Positions 60,101 through 64,000 of a DNA stretch of 64,000 bases are shown here, piece by piece. The notes under the pieces are model-generated. The model was not told where the DNA came from and made no database searches. It worked only from the letters and a program-made list of their open reading frames with translations. The position numbers and the translations under genes are program-made. This stretch comes from an uncultured Verrucomicrobiae bacterium (lineage in GTDB: Bacteria; Verrucomicrobiota; Verrucomicrobiia; Limisphaerales; Palsa-1400): the NCBI GenBank assembly GCA_963702845.1, contig OY969763.1, forward strand, positions 160,001-224,000, given 5' to 3'. Numbering within the stretch: position 1 is the stretch's first letter; every line of letters begins with the position of its first letter.

Positions 60101-60654
60101 CGGTTGCCGGCGTTAGTGGGACGAACATTCTGGGCATGTTGACGGTTAGTATACCGACGAACGCAACTGCCAGCTCTGCCTGGAAAGTGCACTTCAGTCA
60201 CTTGAGCGTGTCGCCGAACGGGGTGGGCTTGTTCCCGCTCACGATTCAGGACGCGTTGATCACGACGGCGAATCGCTCCGGTTCAAGCTGGGGTGACGGC
60301 ATCCCTGATTCATGGCGCTTGCGTTGGTTTGGTTCAGTTTCGAACCTGCTCTCAGGCGCGAACCTTGATCCAGACGGCGATGGCCACTCTAACTACGCCG
60401 AGTATGTGGCGGGAACTAATCCGTTGGACGGCATCTCGCACTTGAATGTGACCTGCCCGAGCGGCGCTTTTCGCAGTGCTCTGACATGGCCTTCAGTGTT
60501 CGGTAAGAAATATAGCGTGGAGTGCAGCTCTACGTTGTTTGGCGGAAGCTGGTCGTCAATTGCGACGAACCTGCCTGGCACTGGGCAACCGCAGCAGTTC
60601 GCTGATCCTAATCCGGCGAATGTCATGCGATTCTATCGCGTGAAGGTGCAGTAG
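57178..60654 (+). CDS. Paralogous secreted NHL-repeat protein with the same architecture
   Basis: NHL repeats, 'YYTIDGSDP', 'GDFGDGTINNVDV...GDQQLQVDD'; C-terminus 'EYVAGTNPLD...FYRVKVQ'. Confidence 0.8.
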   Translation: MSTHLEKNLLKVKMNTRLTTLALGLVLSVSTSLHAQNVATVISSNLFEPNSVAVDANNIAYLTDGANNRIMKYDPSTAAATLLAGNIAANGTNNGLGASARFFQPAGIVYARGGLVVADSGNQLLRFVTLNGVVSNLAGVYSSSGGYVEGAANSAQFSFPLGLATDANGNIYIADSGNNAIRVLDTNNVVSTYKTGFYQPSAVAVGDNGDLWVADTRNDMIVRVDSNKVATVMAGAKKVVGTDDGLPSTDARLNLPSGLLWVNTATGLLISDTGNNTIRRLYYDNAAQAWSLQTVAGQAGQAGELDGNPNTAKFNAPLGLTFDVQDSGFYIVDNSGNALRRLQTSAPQPAVSDPALGWVDFPPNNLGERLSVFKTVVQSVFNNDVIIAVKTETGVKTYITSGPTPTNAFVDTIPTPGPITGTTPPTYIGDNLPASECAPTIVGPLPDLTIKAICMADGRRPSSVVSARYQFQVGNPVIYGTNGYFLQLSNITSGAMMYYTIDGSDPTNDPTVSLGPVANGDFITLPFPTNSFVLKVRGYKNNYVSSGVVGQTLSPTNFIANNLTFGFGSGEASSQFIAAAGQRFYAPVTLTLLGGQKMYSLQFNATVTNLTGPAVGTTFDFRSFLEKPTSNGVFTIIPPAMFDGTSVSGMVFTNTSENLLGVGWFERFTQTNLYNSQSQDLITYSQPHDTQFLSAKGKVVLGGYSFVVPTSAAMGQTYQIQLDRPSASANGINQSAIILAPTNGAIKTVTVGSIPYVVGSVAPFQWFNAGDFGDGTINNVDVLQVFQSAVYGFNSPPPGSDFFDAMDSSNGGSSSLDGDDTLINNIMTGDQQLQVDDIYVTFRRSLDPSLTWYARYWSNGVLNVVPVANIGTGSMSASSKQAVAPKISSSPRWANVAPDDIQAPAGSTVQIPVRASIAGNLPIRVMAVNIDVQGLDGSPIINSQVLFAPAAGLGSPTFSASQGAGNTAGAWLDSTVAGVSGTNILGMLTVSIPTNATASSAWKVHFSHLSVSPNGVGLFPLTIQDALITTANRSGSSWGDGIPDSWRLRWFGSVSNLLSGANLDPDGDGHSNYAEYVAGTNPLDGISHLNVTCPSGAFRSALTWPSVFGKKYSVECSSTLFGGSWSSIATNLPGTGQPQQFADPNPANVMRFYRVKVQ

Positions 60655-60675
60655 CCCAAACAACAAATCATAAGC

Positions 60676-60712
60676 AAGAACCCAGGAATATTTTCCTGGG
60701 TTCTTTGCTTTT
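60676..60712 (+). terminator. Intrinsic terminator
   Basis: AAGAACCCAGGAA/TTCCTGGGTTCTT stem followed by a T-rich tail. Confidence 0.85.
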
Positions 60713-60718
60713 GACTTT

Positions 60719-60878
60719 CAACGCAAAGACGCAAAGGAGCAGAGACGCAAAAGAGTGAGGCGAGTTATGGTCTGTTTACGGCGGGTGAGTTCCATGTTGA
60801 TGGTCGAAGCGTCTTGCCAGTCCGAGCGTCCAACCCCTCATGATCTTCGCGCCTTTGCCTCTTGGCGTCTTTGCGTTG
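60719..60878. repeat. 160-bp element with terminal inverted repeats
   Basis: CAACGCAAAGACGC (60719-60732) is the exact reverse complement of 60865-60878, with weaker similarity further in. Confidence 0.7.
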
Positions 60879-60879
60879 T

Positions 60880-62323
60880 CTATTTTACTGCAATTTCTTG
60901 TTTGATCTGGAACTTCTCAATGCGTTTGCGGAGCGTCGCGCGTGTGATTCCCAGAAGTTTCGCCGCCTGGACCTGGTTCCCTTTGGTTTCGAGCAGTGCC
61001 TGAATGATCAACTCGCGTTCGACCGCTGGGAGAACTTTCAGTTTACTGTTCTCACGAGCCCAGGAAAAGAGCGTCTTGCTGATAGATGCAAAATCGGGAG
61101 AACCGGACGCCGTGCCTGTGCTCGTTGATGTTGGCGCAGGGGCGGTGAACTGTCCTTTCGAAATTTCCCCCGGCAAATCGCCCGGCAAAATAACATCACC
61201 TTTGGAAACAACCGTGGCGCGCTCAATGACGTTCTCAAGCTCACGAACATTTCCCGGCCAGGTGAATTCCTGCAATAGCCTGAGAGTTTTCTCCGAGATT
61301 GCTTTCGGGCTGCCGTTCTGTTCTGAGGCGAATTTTTTTAAGAAATAGCTGACGAGCAGGGGGATATCGTCTCGGCCGCTCGCGTAAAGGCGGGATGCGC
61401 ACGCGGACGACGTTGAGTCGATAAAACAAATCTTCGCGGAACGCGCGGGCTTCCACCGCCTTCTCTAACGGCCGATGTGTCGCCGCAATGACTCGAACAT
61501 CTACCCGGATAGGCTGATTGCCACCAACGCGTTCAAATGTGCCATTCTGTAGGACGCGCAGAATTTTTGCCTGTGTCGGCAACGACATGTCACCAATTTC
61601 ATCTAGGAAAATGGTGCCGCCATTGCACTGTTCGAATTTGCCGATGCGCTGCGAAACCGCGCCTGTAAAAGCCCCTTTTTCGTAACCAAACAATTCGCTC
61701 TCGAGCAAGGTATCGGGAATAGCTGCGCAATTGATTGCGAGGAAAGCTTTGTCACCGCGTTTGCTGTGATTGTAAATCGCTCGCGCGACCAATTCTTTTC
61801 CGGTGCCGCTCTCGCCGGTGATCAGTGCCGTGGCATCGCTGGCGGCGAGTTGGCCGATCAACTTGAACACATTCTGCATCGGTTCGCTTCGACCGATGAT
61901 TCCCAAATCGTAATCTTCCGATTCGAGCAGCGGTTGATAGGAGACAACCTGCTTCATGTCACGCGCGGCTTTTAGCGCATCGAGAACGAGTTGTTTCAGC
62001 TTCGGGACATCGAACGGCTTGAGCAAATAATCGTAGGCACCCAGCTTCATCGCTTCGATAGCCGTTTGCGTGCTGCCGTAAGCGGTCATCATGATGACCA
62101 TTTGTTTGGAATTAAACTGGCGCAGTCGCCGCAATGTCTCCAGGCCGCTGATTCCACCCATACGAACGTCCATGATCACGAGATCAGGCTTAACTTTTGG
62201 GATGAGTTTGAGCCCTTCTTCGCCGCTGTTGGCAGTGGTGAGTTCGATGTTCGCGCCGTCGAAAATGCGGCGGAACGAGTATTGCACGTCCGCTTCATCA
62301 TCGATTAGCAGCAGTTTATCCAT
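60880..62323 (-). CDS. Sigma54-dependent NtrC-family response regulator; apparent frameshift near 61370
   Basis: Receiver domain, GESGTGKE, GAFTGA, 'WPGNVRELEN' and a Fis-type HTH. Confidence 0.92.
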
Positions 62324-62411
62324 TGCTACGAGGATAGGAGCGCGGCGCCATCTTTGCAATCGCCGAGCCGATTTGCCAAATGCCCGCCGTACCTTATCCT
62401 TAACAAGTCAT

Positions 62412-63961
62412 ATGAATCGCCCCGTTCACGCCGGCCCGCCAAGCCCGGAAGAGTTTCAACGCCAATTGCAGGAATTCATGCGCCAGCACCTGTCTGGTGG
62501 CGCGATGCCCAAGTCCGACGTGTCCGATAACACCGAACAGACCGCGCCCGATGGTGAGGCTGCCGCATTCGAATTCGACAAAAAACCGCGCGATATCAAA
62601 GCTTACCTCGACCGCTTCGTCATCAAACAAGAAGACGCCAAAAAAGTCCTAAGCGTCGCGATATGCGATCATTACCATCACGTGCGGCTGGGCGATGGAA
62701 GGCAGGGAGCAGTCGAATTACGCCAAGCAGAATATTATTTTGGTCGGCCCAACAGGCGTCGGTAAAACGTATCTCATCAAAAACGCCGCCGATCTTATCG
62801 GCGTGCCGTTCGTCAAAGGCGATGCGACGAAGTTTTCCGAAACCGGCTATGTCGGAGCGGATGTCGAAGATCTCGTGCGCGAGTTGGTTCGTCGCGCGGA
62901 TGGGAATGTCGAGCGCGCTCAATACGGCATTATATACATAGATGAGATCGACAAAATCGCATCTGCTTCGAACGCGCACGGGCGCGACGTGAGTGGCCGC
63001 GGTGTTCAAACCAATTTGCTTAAGCTAATGGAAGAAACCGAAGTGCCCGCGCGTTCGCCGAACGACATCTCTGGCCAAATCCAGGCGATGATGGACATGA
63101 CCCAACGCAACAAGAAATCGGCCTCGACCATCAACACCAAGCACATTTTGTTCATCGTCAGCGGCGCGTTCGATGGTTTGGAAAAGATCGTCAACAAACG
63201 CGTTCGCGAAGCGCATATTGGCTTCGCTCATCAGGATCAGCAAGTGAGCCGCCGATTCCGTGATGATTCAGGCGCAAACACGCGACTTCATCGAGTTCGG
63301 GTTTGAACCGGAATTCATCGGGCGCCTTCCAGTGCGTGTTGTCTGCCAGCCTTTGGACGAAAGCGATCTCTTCACGATCCTGAAATCTTCGGAAGGCAGC
63401 ATCATCCGTCAATATGAGCAAACCTTCGCTGCTTACGGCATCGAAGTGCTGTTCCGAGATGACGGCCTGCGCCGGATCGCCGAACTGGCGGTCGCCGAAC
63501 AAACTGGCGCGCGCGGTTTGATGACCGTTTGCGAACGCATTTTCCGCGATTTCAAATTCGAACTGCCGTCAACGCTTGTGAAACGCTTTGTCGTTACGCG
63601 TGAACTGGTCGACAATCCGCAAGCCGAACTGGAGAAACTTTTTGCCGAACACAAAAACGAAGAACGGATCGTCGCGCGCCAGATCGTTCACGATTTTGCC
63701 GAGCGCTTTCGCGAAAACCACAAACTCACTATTCGTTTTTCCGAAGCGGCTGCCGACAAAATCGTTTCACAATCCTTCGCAGAGGGTATCCATATCCGCG
63801 ATCTTTGCGCCGCGCGTTTTAAGGATTTTCAATTCGGCCTCAAATTAATCGCGCAAAACACCGGCCAAACCGAGTTCCAAATCGACGCCGATGCCGTCGA
63901 TACGCCGGACAAGGTGCTGAGTGAATGGGTGGTGAAGAGTTATCGGACACCTAATTCGTAA
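62412..63961 (+). CDS. ClpX-like AAA+ ATPase without the N-terminal zinc-binding domain; apparent frameshifts near 62690 and 63250
   Basis: '[18 protein letters not shown]', GPTGVGKT, 'GYVGADVE', 'DEIDKI', 'RDVSGRGVQ', IGF loop and 'TGARGL'. Confidence 0.88.
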
Positions 63962-64000
63962 AGCTTGTTCAGCCGCTGAACTTCTTTGAAATCGATTACC

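Noticed and set aside
30505..60626. Numerous antisense and alternate-frame ORFs inside the long genes
   Set aside because: These are shadow ORFs expected from GC-rich, repetitive coding sequence.

Overview
Bacterial window, most likely Verrucomicrobiota (Pedosphaerales-like). This is inferred from the H-X9-DG prepilin-like gene, the giant autotransporter-associated beta-strand repeat proteins and the 'EYxAGTNPxD...FYRV' C-termini. Layout: (1) 1-9700, a minus-strand group 1h [NiFe]-hydrogenase cluster with maturation and nickel-uptake genes. (2) 9.9-14.9 kb, housekeeping genes (apt, SanA-like, DUF4142, ABC exporter). (3) 15.1-24.4 kb, an integrase-less integron cassette array with unusual organisation. 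It has at least six attI-like sites. Four of them sit in a repeated ~175-190 bp module that also carries the last 17-18 codons (including the stop) of what looks like a phosphoketolase gene (REHGDDMPEIRDWKWSA*). Most of the array is bracketed by a ~50 bp direct repeat. (4) tRNA-Ser(CGA) with a 1 kb islet and an integrase remnant, then aspA. (5) 30-50 kb, a two-component system plus three secreted proteins sharing an unrecognised N-terminal domain, a sulfatase and a prepilin-like gene. (6) 50.6-60.7 kb, a PilN/O/P/secretin-like module followed by two paralogous NHL + cohesin-like + dockerin-like + cohesin-like proteins. (7) An NtrC-type regulator and a ClpX-like ATPase. Many genes carry apparent frameshifts, probably sequencing or assembly indels. 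All family calls come from motif recognition by eye; no searches were run.
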